Positions 33,427-43,263 of a stretch of DNA of 64,000 nucleotides are shown one piece after another. The translations under genes and the position numbers were made by a program. The DNA lies in contig JARIDO010000011.1 of the NCBI GenBank assembly GCA_029263895.1, positions 5,185-69,184 on the forward strand, read 5' to 3'. A model generated the notes under the pieces. That model searched no databases, was not told the DNA's origin, and saw only the letters and a list, made by a program, of their open reading frames with translations. Within the stretch, counting starts at the first letter, position 1. Each line of letters opens with the position of its first letter. Source of the stretch: Sporosarcina sp. GTDB lineage: Bacteria; Bacillota; Bacilli; Bacillales_A; Planococcaceae.

Positions 33427-34374
33427 TTACTTGCTTAACTCATCGTGGATAAGTTTTATATTATAATTTAAATATTTAACATACGTATCAATTTCATCAC
33501 CTGGATTACCAATCTCATCTGAATAGATTTTTTGTTTAGCGATTGGTACGCCCGTTTCTTTAGAGACAGTCTCCATAGGACGACTATCTACATTTGATTC
33601 GACGAATAGAACTGGTACTTTATGCTCGTGAATAAATTTAACTAAATCCTTTATTTGCTTCGGGGAACCATTCTCTTCAGTATCAATTTCCCATATATAA
33701 GCTTCTTTTAAACCGTAATGTGTATTAAAGTATTGAAATGCGCGTTCACTCGTTACTAGTGTACGGTTTTGTTCTGGAATAGTTTTAATTCGTTCTTGTA
33801 GATCATTATCAATATCCTTCAAACGTTGAACGTAAGCATCACCGCGTTTTTGAATCGCTTCGGCATTAGAAGGATGTTTCTTCACGAGAACATCTCTCAT
33901 ATCTTCAGCCATTTTCACACCAACAGCCGGGTCAATGAATGCATGTGGATTAATTTCTTCTTCACGTCCGCCTTCACCTGAGAGATATAATGGTTCTACT
34001 CTTTCAGTTAAACTAAAGATGTTTTCATCTTTTTGATTGACGGTTTTCATCATTTTGAAGAACCATCCTTTTTTTCCACCTTCTAAGTTCAAACCATTAT
34101 AAAATAGTACATCAGCTTTTGTTGCTGCTTTAATATCATTTGGTAGAGGTTCGTACTCATGCGGGTCTGTTCCGCTCGGCACAAGATTGTAAACCTCAAC
34201 ATTCTCTCCGCCAATTTCTCTAGCCATATCCGCAATAATTGTAAACGATGTAACCACTTTTAGTTTTTCATCTTCATTTGCATTTGTTGATTTTCCTTTG
34301 TCATCATTCCCGCAAGCAGCTAACATGAACACCGCTACGAATGATAGAAATACCCACTTCATTACATTTTTCAT
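33427..34374 (-). CDS. Mn/Zn ABC transporter substrate-binding lipoprotein (PsaA/MntC-like)
   Basis: Lipobox LAAC; DPHEYEP, NPH, SERAF, WEIDTE and YSD ligands (His/His/Glu/Asp, Mn type). Confidence 0.92.
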   Translation of the reverse strand: MKNVMKWVFLSFVAVFMLAACGNDDKGKSTNANEDEKLKVVTSFTIIADMAREIGGENVEVYNLVPSGTDPHEYEPLPNDIKAATKADVLFYNGLNLEGGKKGWFFKMMKTVNQKDENIFSLTERVEPLYLSGEGGREEEINPHAFIDPAVGVKMAEDMRDVLVKKHPSNAEAIQKRGDAYVQRLKDIDNDLQERIKTIPEQNRTLVTSERAFQYFNTHYGLKEAYIWEIDTEENGSPKQIKDLVKFIHEHKVPVLFVESNVDSRPMETVSKETGVPIAKQKIYSDEIGNPGDEIDTYVKYLNYNIKLIHDELSK

Positions 34375-34424
34375 TTGTTCACTCTACTCCTTTATAATCT
34401 AATCTCATTAATCCATTCAAATCT

Positions 34425-35288
34425 TTACACAAGAATTTCATTTTTCTTTTTATTTCTCGGTCTAAACAACTTCCACAACATGCCTTGTTTTGGTGAAAAA
34501 ATGAAAGCAAGCAAGAAAAGTGATGTTGTTGCCAATGCAATCACTGGACCCGAAGGCATGTTATAGCGAAAGCTAAAATACAAACCTATAACTGCTGAGA
34601 ACGCTCCAAAGAATGCTGCTAAAACAACCATAAGCGATAAACGATTTGTTAATAAGTAAGCTGTTGACGCAGGTGTAATTAACATCGAAACAACTAAAAT
34701 GACACCTACTGTTTGAAGAGATGCAACTGTCACCAAGGTTAAGAGAAACATAATGGAGTAATGTATCAAGCGTGTATTCAAGCCATATGCTGCCGCCATC
34801 GTCTCATCAAAACTTGAGATTAGTAGTTCTTTAAAGAATATCACGACAACTAAAATGACTAATCCTCCGATGATTAAAGTCAACCACATATCCGTTGGTT
34901 GAACAGATAATACATTACCAAAGAGAATTTGTGTTAAGTCAGTCGCACTGCGCGCTTTTGTAATTAAAATAATTCCAAGTGCAAAAAATGCTGAAAAAAC
35001 AATCCCTATCGATGAATCATTTTTAATACGACTGTTCTGACTAATTACACCAATGCCAAGTGCTGTAAGCACCCCAGTAAAAACAGCGCCATAGAAAAAG
35101 TTGATCCCTAACATATAAGATATTGCTACACCTGGAAGGACAGCGTGTGAAATCGCATCACCCATTAAAGCCATACCACGTAAAACAATAAAACTACCGA
35201 TAACGCCACAGATAATACCAACCATTACGGATGTAATAAAGGCTTTCTGTAAAAACTCAAATTCCAATAAATCCTGTAAAAATTCCAT
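34425..35288 (-). CDS. Mn ABC transporter permease
   Basis: MGDAISHAVLPG, ILFGN and QTVGVILV motifs. Confidence 0.92.
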   Translation of the reverse strand: MEFLQDLLEFEFLQKAFITSVMVGIICGVIGSFIVLRGMALMGDAISHAVLPGVAISYMLGINFFYGAVFTGVLTALGIGVISQNSRIKNDSSIGIVFSAFFALGIILITKARSATDLTQILFGNVLSVQPTDMWLTLIIGGLVILVVVIFFKELLISSFDETMAAAYGLNTRLIHYSIMFLLTLVTVASLQTVGVILVVSMLITPASTAYLLTNRLSLMVVLAAFFGAFSAVIGLYFSFRYNMPSGPVIALATTSLFLLAFIFSPKQGMLWKLFRPRNKKKNEILV

Positions 35289-36031
35289 TACATCGTTACC
35301 TCCAAGTCATCCAAAAGACTAAAATTGCGTTGATAAGCCTTAGTCATTTTTCCTGGTTGGAATACTTGCTCTACTGGACCTGCATCTATAAGATCCTTAT
35401 TCATTAATACAAGTTCATCAAAATACGTTTTCACTTTTGATAAATCATGATGGACAACAAATACAATTTTACCTTCCGCTTTCAAGCTTTTTAAAATATC
35501 GATAATTACTTCTTCACTAGAAACATCGATTCCAACAAATGGTTCATCTAAGAAGAAGTAATCTGCTTTTTGAGCTAACGCTCTTGCAAGGAAAACACGT
35601 TGTTGTTGACCACCTGATAATTCTCCAATTTGTCGATTCGCATACTTTTCCATTCCTACTCGCTTCAAACACTCCATCGCCCACTCTTTATCTTTCTTCT
35701 TTGGTCGATGAAAAACCCCTACTTTTGGATATGTGCCAAGCAGTACTGTGTCTTTAACTATAATTGGGAAATTCCAATCAATATTAGATCTCTGTGGTAC
35801 ATATGCAATTTCTTTACGAACTTCATTAAGAGGCTGACGACCTACATGAACAGTTCCACTATCTTTACGTATCAACCCTAGCATTGCTTTCATAAGTGTT
35901 GATTTTCCTGCTCCATTAGGGCCTAAAACTCCGATAAGACTAGCCGGTGGAAACGTGAAGGAAACATCTCGAACAACTTGATTCCCATGATACGAAACAC
36001 TAATATTTTTCACGATAATTGGTTCTATCAT
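35288..36031 (-). CDS. Mn ABC transporter ATPase
   Basis: GPNGAGKST, LSGGQQQR, LDEP and VHHD motifs. Confidence 0.92.
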   Translation of the reverse strand: MIEPIIVKNISVSYHGNQVVRDVSFTFPPASLIGVLGPNGAGKSTLMKAMLGLIRKDSGTVHVGRQPLNEVRKEIAYVPQRSNIDWNFPIIVKDTVLLGTYPKVGVFHRPKKKDKEWAMECLKRVGMEKYANRQIGELSGGQQQRVFLARALAQKADYFFLDEPFVGIDVSSEEVIIDILKSLKAEGKIVFVVHHDLSKVKTYFDELVLMNKDLIDAGPVEQVFQPGKMTKAYQRNFSLLDDLEVTM

Positions 36032-36054
36032 TTAATTTCCTCCTGAGTTTGTTT

Positions 36055-36354
36055 AATAGGCTAGACCTAAATCTTTCCCTCGTGCAACTTTATTAGTAGA
36101 AAAAGTTGCTGCAATTTAATGCTTTAAGTACCTAGTAACTTAGTTAGTTTATGCAACTGACTGCAGTCTGCTTGGGTATCTTTTAACACACTCAATCGTA
36201 AAAGTCTGCACTTAGTATGTGTTGAATTCAGGTTATTATCCATACACAGCCTATGATTCAATCTATTTTTCATAGTATGTCAAATTTGTTTCCTTCGTGC
36301 AACTTATATGCTAAAAAAAAGCAATATCAAATCTTTCCCTCGGGAAACTTTATA
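36055..36354 (-). promoter_or_regulatory. Cluster of probable MntR-type operators
   Basis: Three related ~22-bp boxes at 36069, 36282 and 36329 (core TTTCCYTCGKGMAACTT) plus TAGGCTAGACCTA. Confidence 0.65.
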
Positions 36355-36457
36355 TACTCATATTAAAATATCTACTATCAAAAGTAAAGCATTATATTTT
36401 ATTTTATTTTTCAAAAAAAGAATGAACGACTTCCGTTCACTCTTCATCAATATCGAA

Positions 36458-37720
36458 TTATAGATCTTGCAATGCGACAATCTCTCCTGTTACAGCATCT
36501 ATACCTTCTGCTGCATCTAATAATCCGCACAAAATATAGTTATTCATTTTCGGGTCATATACATATGTTGGATCTAGTGAAATATACGAAAATAGTTTTT
36601 CAAATGCTTCTTCGTGTGTGATGCATGCAGCTTTGGCAGGTGTAAAGGATTCAAAAACACTAAACATCTCATTATTGTCAATATAGTCAAGTAACGTATA
36701 TGTCTCTGGTTCAACAAAAACTATAAATTTTCTCGCCAAAATGGTTGGTATCTGATCGATTAAAGAACATTTGACTTGGATATAGTCGTTCTCACGTCGA
36801 ATCGTTTCTATTTCCCATCGGCCTGAGTCGTTTGGAAATACAGTACGAATAACTTCTTTTGTAAGCAATAGACTGTTCTCGATTGCTTCTTCAGTGAGCT
36901 CTGTAACTGTCATTACTGTATCCATTTTAAAAGCTTCGTCTAAAATCACTTCGGAATTATATAAGAAATCTTTCTTAACTAACACTGTTGTTGCTGGACT
37001 TTCCCAGCTTAATACTTGAGATACTTGCAATTCTGCTCTTTCATGCATGTAATATGGAAGTATTTTTTTACTTTCAACAGCAATAAATACTTCTTCTATT
37101 GCATAGACACTTCTAAATTGTTTTTTCGATTCGGACGGAAAGTGTACGAGTTGTAATTGCTGTTTAACAAGTTGCTCAATTTCTTCTAAATGTAAAGTGA
37201 ATGCATTTTTTTCGACTTTCGTTGTATCTGGTACTTCTCCTTCATTTGAAAAAAGCGTTAAATGCCCAAAATCATCAAACTTCACTTCAATTGTATAGTT
37301 TGGTGATAATGGTATCCCATCCACATCAATTATGAAACGATAACCGTTTTCTTGTGCTTCGTTTAACCGAAAACCGCTACCGAATGTAAGACCTGTTTCA
37401 TTTTCGACCCATGCCGCTACCTCCTCAACCGTTTTATGAGTAAAGAGCATTTGAGACGAATATGATTTCCCATTGACAAATATAACACGCTCATAACGCT
37501 GTTCTTGAATCATATAGGTGATGGATACAGTTCCATCAGGGCTAACATCATCTTCTATATTTTTAGACAAGTCGTTTGGGAACCATTGTGCCATCAATAC
37601 ATAGGATTGCTTTCCTAAATCATTGAAAAGTTGACGGACATCCCATGTTTCCAAACGATATTGTTCTAGTCCAAATTTAATGACAGTTTCATCTAAAATT
37701 TGTTGTATTCGTTGATCCAC
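36458..37720 (-). CDS. Conserved hypothetical protein
   Basis: Long acidic ORF; probable GTG start at 37720; ends with PTYVYD...GIDAVTGE. Confidence 0.7.
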   Translation of the reverse strand: MDQRIQQILDETVIKFGLEQYRLETWDVRQLFNDLGKQSYVLMAQWFPNDLSKNIEDDVSPDGTVSITYMIQEQRYERVIFVNGKSYSSQMLFTHKTVEEVAAWVENETGLTFGSGFRLNEAQENGYRFIIDVDGIPLSPNYTIEVKFDDFGHLTLFSNEGEVPDTTKVEKNAFTLHLEEIEQLVKQQLQLVHFPSESKKQFRSVYAIEEVFIAVESKKILPYYMHERAELQVSQVLSWESPATTVLVKKDFLYNSEVILDEAFKMDTVMTVTELTEEAIENSLLLTKEVIRTVFPNDSGRWEIETIRRENDYIQVKCSLIDQIPTILARKFIVFVEPETYTLLDYIDNNEMFSVFESFTPAKAACITHEEAFEKLFSYISLDPTYVYDPKMNNYILCGLLDAAEGIDAVTGEIVALQDL

Positions 37721-37801
37721 TTTTTTCACACACCTTATGTAATCGAATTTCACTTCCTTAAAAAGAAAAGCTGAATGCACATGGCAATCAGCTTTTATGT
37801 T

Positions 37802-38176
37802 TCAGTCAAAAAATACTTTGTCTACATTGTACTTTGCACGCATTGTATTTAAAATATAAGTCTCATATATTTCACGTTCCATTGGATCTTCAACAATAAT
37901 GACAGCAATTTTATTTACTTCATTACGATGATCTTTAATCGGTGAAACATTATCTTCAAAATGTTTTTTAACACGTTGGCGTATTTTGCGGGCTTTTCCT
38001 ACAAACAACAATTCATCTTTGCTGTTATAAAATAAAATAATTCCACCTTTATCTCGAGGGATTTCATGGAAATCAATAAAACCATAAATTGGTTTAATCG
38101 GGGTAGTATCTGCACTCATTTCTTGTTTACGCTGAATAATTGTTACATCTGGATTCGGAACTGTTATTGTAATCAT
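37802..38176 (-). CDS. Small GIY-YIG (UvrC N-terminal-like) endonuclease
   Basis: GGIILFYN...LFVGKA..IRQRVKKHF, E.YE and YN motifs. Confidence 0.8.
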   Translation of the reverse strand: MITITVPNPDVTIIQRKQEMSADTTPIKPIYGFIDFHEIPRDKGGIILFYNSKDELLFVGKARKIRQRVKKHFEDNVSPIKDHRNEVNKIAVIIVEDPMEREIYETYILNTMRAKYNVDKVFFD

Positions 38177-38286
38177 GTTGCTTCACGTCCTCTTTTTTAA
38201 TGAAATTAAACTTTAACATAAAAAGAAAGAAAAAGCTAAAATCACCGATAGTGAAGCGTTTTAACTATTTCAATATTCTAAAATCA

Positions 38287-38315
38287 TTGACTTCATATGT
38301 ACACTCGTGTAAATT
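38287..38315 (+). promoter_or_regulatory. Probable sigma-A promoter for the T-box leader
   Basis: TTGACT-N17-TAAATT just upstream of T-box stem I. Confidence 0.6.
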
Positions 38316-38332
38316 ATTCTTTAATATCAATT

Positions 38333-38630
38333 AGCGATGATGAGAAAAGTAATTCGAATGATTTTCTTACAGAGAGCTTCAGTAGCTGAAAAGAAGCAGA
38401 GAAAATTCGATTGAAAATGACCTCGGAGTTCTAAATTGAACATGCAACAATCATCGTTGCATTAGTAGAGATTAGCGGGAGTAGGTACCCGTTATCAAAA
38501 CCATAGAAGGTATCTATTTTGCGAGGTACTATTCTTACTGAGATTACTTTTTCAAGTAATAATAAAGGTGGTACCACGAGTTCATACCTCGTCCTTTTCA
38601 ATCCATTATTGATTGAAAAGGACGTTTTTT
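38333..38630 (+). promoter_or_regulatory. T-box riboswitch with Met (AUG) specifier
   Basis: GA motif, AGTA, AGAGA and GCTGAAA; specifier GAAA-ATG-A (38417-38419); stem II with GAA/AGTA; CCGTTA; T-box AAGGTGGTACCACG (38565-38578); terminator 38590-38630. Confidence 0.9.
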
Positions 38631-38709
38631 CTTTTTCATGAATAGAATATGCACACGTTCTATTTAAATAACTAAAACGCAGAAAGTACTTGCGAGGAGT
38701 GAAAGCATA

Positions 38710-39561
38710 ATGACAAATAACTTATTGGTATTTCAATCCGACTTCGGGAATTTTGATGGTGCCGTTAGTGCAATGCACGGAGTAGCAAAATCGGTAGAGC
38801 TAGCAATTAGCATCTATGAAATCACTCATCAAATTCCACAATATAATATTTGGGAAGCTTCCTATCGACTATTTCAAGCTATTCAATATTGGCCAGCTAA
38901 TACCGTTTTCGTATCGATTGTCGATCCTGGTGTAGGATCTAACAGAAGAGCCGTTGTCGCAAAAACTATTAACAACCATTACATTGTTACTCCCGATAAT
39001 GGTACACTAACGCATTTACATCACTCCCATCAACTATCCGAAATACGCATAATTGATGAATCTAAAAATCGTTTACCTCAATCGGGAGAATCACATACTT
39101 TTCATGGTCGAGATATTTTTGCCTTCACCGGTGCTCGCTTATGTGCTAGAAAAATCAGCTTTGAAGATATCGGTCCCATCATAGATACTTCTTCACCCGT
39201 CGCTCTACCTGTGAAGGAGTCGATTCTAATCGGCAATACGCTAGAAGGAAGTATAGATATTATTGATTTGCCTTTTGGCAATCTCTGGACGAATATTAGT
39301 CGTGTCCAATTCCAACAATTAGCAAATGAATATGGGCAGTCATTCCAATTAACAATTTCTGCGAATGACCAAACAATATACGAAAAAAAGGTTGCTTACG
39401 GACGTTCATTTGCGGATATGGAAATAGGAGAACCTTTACTCTATGTCAATTCACTAGATATGATTGGTATTGCTCTCAATCAGAACTCATTTGCAGAAGT
39501 GAACGGTATCGATTCTGCAACAAAATGGGATATAACAATCGTTAACGTTTCAAACTTATAA
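38710..39561 (+). CDS. DUF62 SAM hydroxide adenosyltransferase (SAM hydrolase; halogenase superfamily)
   Basis: QSDFG, VDPGVGSNRR, PDNG, TFHGRD and FGNLWTN motifs; Asp-Arg-His triad present. Confidence 0.9.
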   Translation: MTNNLLVFQSDFGNFDGAVSAMHGVAKSVELAISIYEITHQIPQYNIWEASYRLFQAIQYWPANTVFVSIVDPGVGSNRRAVVAKTINNHYIVTPDNGTLTHLHHSHQLSEIRIIDESKNRLPQSGESHTFHGRDIFAFTGARLCARKISFEDIGPIIDTSSPVALPVKESILIGNTLEGSIDIIDLPFGNLWTNISRVQFQQLANEYGQSFQLTISANDQTIYEKKVAYGRSFADMEIGEPLLYVNSLDMIGIALNQNSFAEVNGIDSATKWDITIVNVSNL

Positions 39562-39653
39562 TACTACCTTTGTTAGTTTCCAATGAGCCATTCTTCTTTC
39601 TTTTCTCCTAGCATATTGTAGGCTAGCTAGACTAAAAAGAAAGGAGGGCATGA

Positions 39654-40265
39654 ATGGAATTCCCTGTTTCAATAGTTACTAAGTTACTCCCACATAGTTC
39701 GGCGTCCATCAAAGTGTATTACCCTGTAGTAACGAGTTTACATGATGTAAAAGTACAAAGTACTATCAACCACACAATCATCACTAAATTAAATGACATT
39801 CTTGTAGAACAAAGCTTTTATAAACCAGAACTTGTTGAGCTCGTTGCTTACTTTGAGATTAAAAATAATCAACGGAATGTTCTAAGCTTATCATTGATTG
39901 TTTACTCATTTACTGGTGGCGCCCATGGAATGACGATTGTAAAATCACTCACTTTTGACACGACTATCGGTAAACACTATGACCTCGACGAACTATTCAA
40001 ACCAGGTAGCGACTATCAGAAGAGGCTTTCAGAAAGTATAAAAGTTCACATCAAAGAATGGGACATCCAACTATTAGAACCTTTTAAAGAAATACGAAAA
40101 GACCAAGATTACTACATTGGAGATACATCCATCATCATTTATTTCCAACTTTACGAGATCTCTCCCTACGTTTACGGATTCCCATATTTCCCAATTCCTA
40201 TTCTCGATATAGCCGATATTGTAAGACAAGACCGACCACTCGATAAAATGATGGCATTCACTTAA
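39654..40265 (+). CDS. DUF3298/DUF4163 (RsiV/PdaC-like) protein
   Basis: YSFTGGAHG, LDELFK and FQLYEISPY motifs. Confidence 0.8.
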   Translation: MEFPVSIVTKLLPHSSASIKVYYPVVTSLHDVKVQSTINHTIITKLNDILVEQSFYKPELVELVAYFEIKNNQRNVLSLSLIVYSFTGGAHGMTIVKSLTFDTTIGKHYDLDELFKPGSDYQKRLSESIKVHIKEWDIQLLEPFKEIRKDQDYYIGDTSIIIYFQLYEISPYVYGFPYFPIPILDIADIVRQDRPLDKMMAFT

Positions 40266-40360
40266 AAAACTACTATCAGACCACCCCTATTTACGACAAC
40301 CATCCTTTGTATAAATATTGTCATCTCAATTTTAGGTCCGCAATTCTAAAAGTATAGGAA

Positions 40361-40408
40361 AATCAACCGCTATAGTAGGTTCTCTAAAACCTACTATAGC
40401 GGTTGATT
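40361..40408. repeat. Perfect 21-bp inverted repeat
   Basis: AATCAACCGCTATAGTAGGTT-ctctaa-AACCTACTATAGCGGTTGATT. Confidence 0.85.
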
Positions 40409-40413
40409 CATAC

Positions 40414-40453
40414 AAAAAAGAACCCAGTTCCCTAAGAATAACTGGGTTCTTTT
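40414..40453. terminator. Intrinsic terminator after the symporter gene
   Basis: AAAAGAACCCAGTT...AACTGGGTTCTTTT. Confidence 0.8.
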
Positions 40454-40458
40454 CCATT

Positions 40459-41676
40459 TTAATTAGTAGATAGTGTTTTGTCCTTTTCGGTTCCAGCTAT
40501 TACGACAGCTGCAGAAGCATCCCCTACAACATTGACGGATGTTCTCATCATATCTAGTACTCTATCAATTCCAGCAATTAACGCAACACCTTCAAGTGGC
40601 ATGTTGACGGATGTCAACACCATTGCAAGCATAATCATTCCCGCTCCTGGAACGCCTGCAGTCCCGACTGATGCGAGAACTGTTATTAAAACGACAGTTA
40701 GTAGCTGAGTGAGCGATAGATTCATGTTATAAAATTGAGCGATAAAAATGACAGCAACCCCTTGATAAATCGCTGTTCCATCCATATTAATGGTTGCCCC
40801 AAGTGGCAAAACAAAGCTAGAGATTCTATTTGGAACACCTAAGTTCTCATTTGTATTCTTAATCGTTACAGGTAATGTCCCTGCACTACTTGCAGTACTG
40901 AAAGCAACAAGTGCAGCAGGAGATATTCCCCTAAAAAACTTCAACGGACTCATCTTACCCCACGTTTTTACTGCGAAAGAATAAACTACTAAAGCGTGTA
41001 CAATAGATGCAATGTAAACTGCAATAATTACTTTTACTAACGGTAAAAGTACTGCCAAACCATATGCTCCAACAACTGGCGCTAATAAGCCTAACACTCC
41101 GATTGGTGCTACTTTCATTATAATTCCAGTTATCTTATACATAATTTCAGAAAAACCTTCAAAAAAGCGATACACCGGTTGGGCTTTTTCACCTACAAGT
41201 GTAATTGCTAAGCCAATAAACAAAGCAAAGAAGATAATTTGTAGAATATTTCCTTCCGCCATTGCTGTGAATGGATTTTCGGGAATAATATTTAACAATG
41301 TCGTAATTGCACTTTGTGGTTCTGCCGCTGCTGCTTCGGGCACTTCCACGCTCGATGTATCGATCGTCAACCCTTTTCCAGGTGAAATGACAAAAGCAAC
41401 CGCCAATCCAATCATTATGGCCATTGCAGTTGTCGCTAAATAATACGACACCGTTTTAAATCCGATACGTCCCAATTGCTTCGGGTCTGAAGTACTCGCT
41501 ACTCCTACTACGAGTGTTGAAAGAATTAGTGGTGCAATGATAAATTTAATTAACCTTAGAAAAAGATCACCAAGTGGCTTTAAAAAGTCTATCGAACTTC
41601 CAAAAACAGTTCCTAATATGATAGCCAATACAAACGCAATTAAAATTTGAGTAACAAGATTGATTCTAACTTTCAT
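40459..41676 (-). CDS. Dicarboxylate/amino acid:cation symporter (DAACS)
   Basis: FSTASSAGTLP, PLGATINMDG, GTAGVPG and DMMRTSVNV motifs. Confidence 0.92.
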   Translation of the reverse strand: MKVRINLVTQILIAFVLAIILGTVFGSSIDFLKPLGDLFLRLIKFIIAPLILSTLVVGVASTSDPKQLGRIGFKTVSYYLATTAMAIMIGLAVAFVISPGKGLTIDTSSVEVPEAAAAEPQSAITTLLNIIPENPFTAMAEGNILQIIFFALFIGLAITLVGEKAQPVYRFFEGFSEIMYKITGIIMKVAPIGVLGLLAPVVGAYGLAVLLPLVKVIIAVYIASIVHALVVYSFAVKTWGKMSPLKFFRGISPAALVAFSTASSAGTLPVTIKNTNENLGVPNRISSFVLPLGATINMDGTAIYQGVAVIFIAQFYNMNLSLTQLLTVVLITVLASVGTAGVPGAGMIMLAMVLTSVNMPLEGVALIAGIDRVLDMMRTSVNVVGDASAAVVIAGTEKDKTLSTN

Positions 41677-41902
41677 ATGTTTCTCCTTTCATGTACGCTT
41701 TTTTCGTTTCATTGTACTCCATCATATACTTCTATGCTATAGGACATGACTAAAAAACTAGCTAAATGAATTGACGATAAGAATTGCTGATGTGCGATAG
41801 AATTCTCGTATTTCAATATAACATTAACTACCTAAATATATCACCTAGCTAAAAAAAAAGAAAACTTAGCCGTCTATATGACAACTAAGTTTCTCATCGT
41901 TT

Positions 41903-42208
41903 TCATACCCAGTGTTTCACAATCGGATATTGATACACATGACCTTGGATAGCTTTAACAATTCCAATTATCGGCACAACCCATGTCATAATACCAAACA
42001 CGACTAAAAATGGAATACCTATTATTAATAAGCTAAGAACCATTGAAATAAAAATCAAAACACTCATCATAAGCTGAAATACTAGTGCTTGAAGCGCTAT
42101 TTTCTTTGTTACTTCATCATCTATAATCAAGTAAATTATGAATGGACCTAACAGCGGTAGAAAAAATGCACTGCCGTGTATCAATACTCTTAATCCGTTA
42201 TTTCCCAT
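41903..42208 (-). CDS. DUF4870-like small membrane protein
   Basis: Three TM segments; GPFIIY, QAL.FQ and YQYP motifs. Confidence 0.7.
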   Translation of the reverse strand: MGNNGLRVLIHGSAFFLPLLGPFIIYLIIDDEVTKKIALQALVFQLMMSVLIFISMVLSLLIIGIPFLVVFGIMTWVVPIIGIVKAIQGHVYQYPIVKHWV

Positions 42209-42298
42209 GAAATCATTCCCCCTGAGCTCTTATCATAACTTATATACGATGAAGTAGTTTAAAAGTTTCATTTTAATATCCATTTATATATTTTCGTA

Positions 42299-42523
42299 TT
42301 ACTCTTTGGGTAATAGATTATCCGTTGATGTAAAATCCAGTTTCATTTGTTCAAGCTCTAATTTCATTTTTTCAGTTTCAATTATATAATTTTGTTGTTT
42401 CAGTTTTTCTAATTCAATTTCTTCTCGCACAATTTCCCCTTTTAACTTTATTATCTTTTGTCGATGGTCAGTAAGAATTGAAACTACACCGACAAACATC
42501 ACTAAAGCTACAATTGTTATCAC
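42299..42523 (-). CDS. Small TM + coiled-coil hypothetical protein
   Basis: AGGGGTG RBS; hydrophobic N-terminus, E/K-rich tail. Confidence 0.6.
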   Translation of the reverse strand: MITIVALVMFVGVVSILTDHRQKIIKLKGEIVREEIELEKLKQQNYIIETEKMKLELEQMKLDFTSTDNLLPKE

Positions 42524-42604
42524 TTATAGACACCCCTATTCGTTTTTTCATATAATAATAGATTTTACATAGCCGTTTGCATGAAGTAATCAGTTAAATA
42601 ATAT

Positions 42605-43087
42605 TTATTTTTTCAGAAAAGTGGCTGGCATAATTACGCCAACAACTTCACCAGTGGCACATAATTCACCATCTGCAAATACTTCAACAGAAACTTTCCA
42701 TTTCTTTGGATGAATTTCTTCCACAATACCTACAGCTTTCAACAATTTCCCTTGAGGTGTTGGTTTAACGTAATCTACGTGCAAAGATGCAGTAACAAAA
42801 CGAGGTGCTTCTTGCCCACCTCTCGGTTCGAAACCGTTTTTGCGAAGCAATGCCAAAGAACACGATCCTGTCCCATGACAATCTATTAATGATGCAATCG
42901 CACCCCCATAAACAAATCCGGGTATCGCCGTGTATTTCTCAGTAGGAGAAAAAAATGTAACAGTTTTATTGCCGTCCCAACCTGTCCGAAAATGATTGCC
43001 ATCTGTATTTAACCTTCCACAACCATAACACCATGCAAAATCATCTGGATAGTCGTCTTGTATTGCATGAATGACTTCAGTAATCAT
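42605..43087 (-). CDS. PaaI family thioesterase (hot-dog fold)
   Basis: CYGCG, GFVYGGAIASLID and VTASLHVDYVKPTP motifs. Confidence 0.85.
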   Translation of the reverse strand: MITEVIHAIQDDYPDDFAWCYGCGRLNTDGNHFRTGWDGNKTVTFFSPTEKYTAIPGFVYGGAIASLIDCHGTGSCSLALLRKNGFEPRGGQEAPRFVTASLHVDYVKPTPQGKLLKAVGIVEEIHPKKWKVSVEVFADGELCATGEVVGVIMPATFLKK

Positions 43088-43263
43088 TAAACATGTCCCC
43101 TTTTCCGAATAAATTATACCTTCAGTATATCACTATGGGTATATGCACTGCGCAGCAAATTAATCTTTTCTAAATATTAGACATATCATATAGAGGCTTT
43201 TATCTTAATTCAACTACGGATGAATTGAATAGACTATAAAAATGACATGGTGGAGGAATCACA

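Noticed and set aside
36090-36280. yybP-ykoY manganese riboswitch in the Mn transporter leader
   Set aside because: Core motifs were not recognisable, and that switch usually turns on exporters rather than importers.
36458-38176. GIY-YIG nuclease plus the large hypothetical gene as a two-gene defence system
   Set aside because: A terminator-like hairpin (AAAAGCTGA...TCAGCTTTT, ~37766-37797) separates them and there is no sign of mobility.
38333-38630. SAM-I (S-box) riboswitch upstream of the SAM hydrolase
   Set aside because: No S-box core (AUC.AGAG...GCAACC...GUGC) is seen; every hallmark is T-box.
38710-39561. Fluorinase or chlorinase (natural-product halogenase)
   Set aside because: The Asp-Arg-His triad of hydroxide-using DUF62 enzymes is present and there is no biosynthetic cluster nearby.
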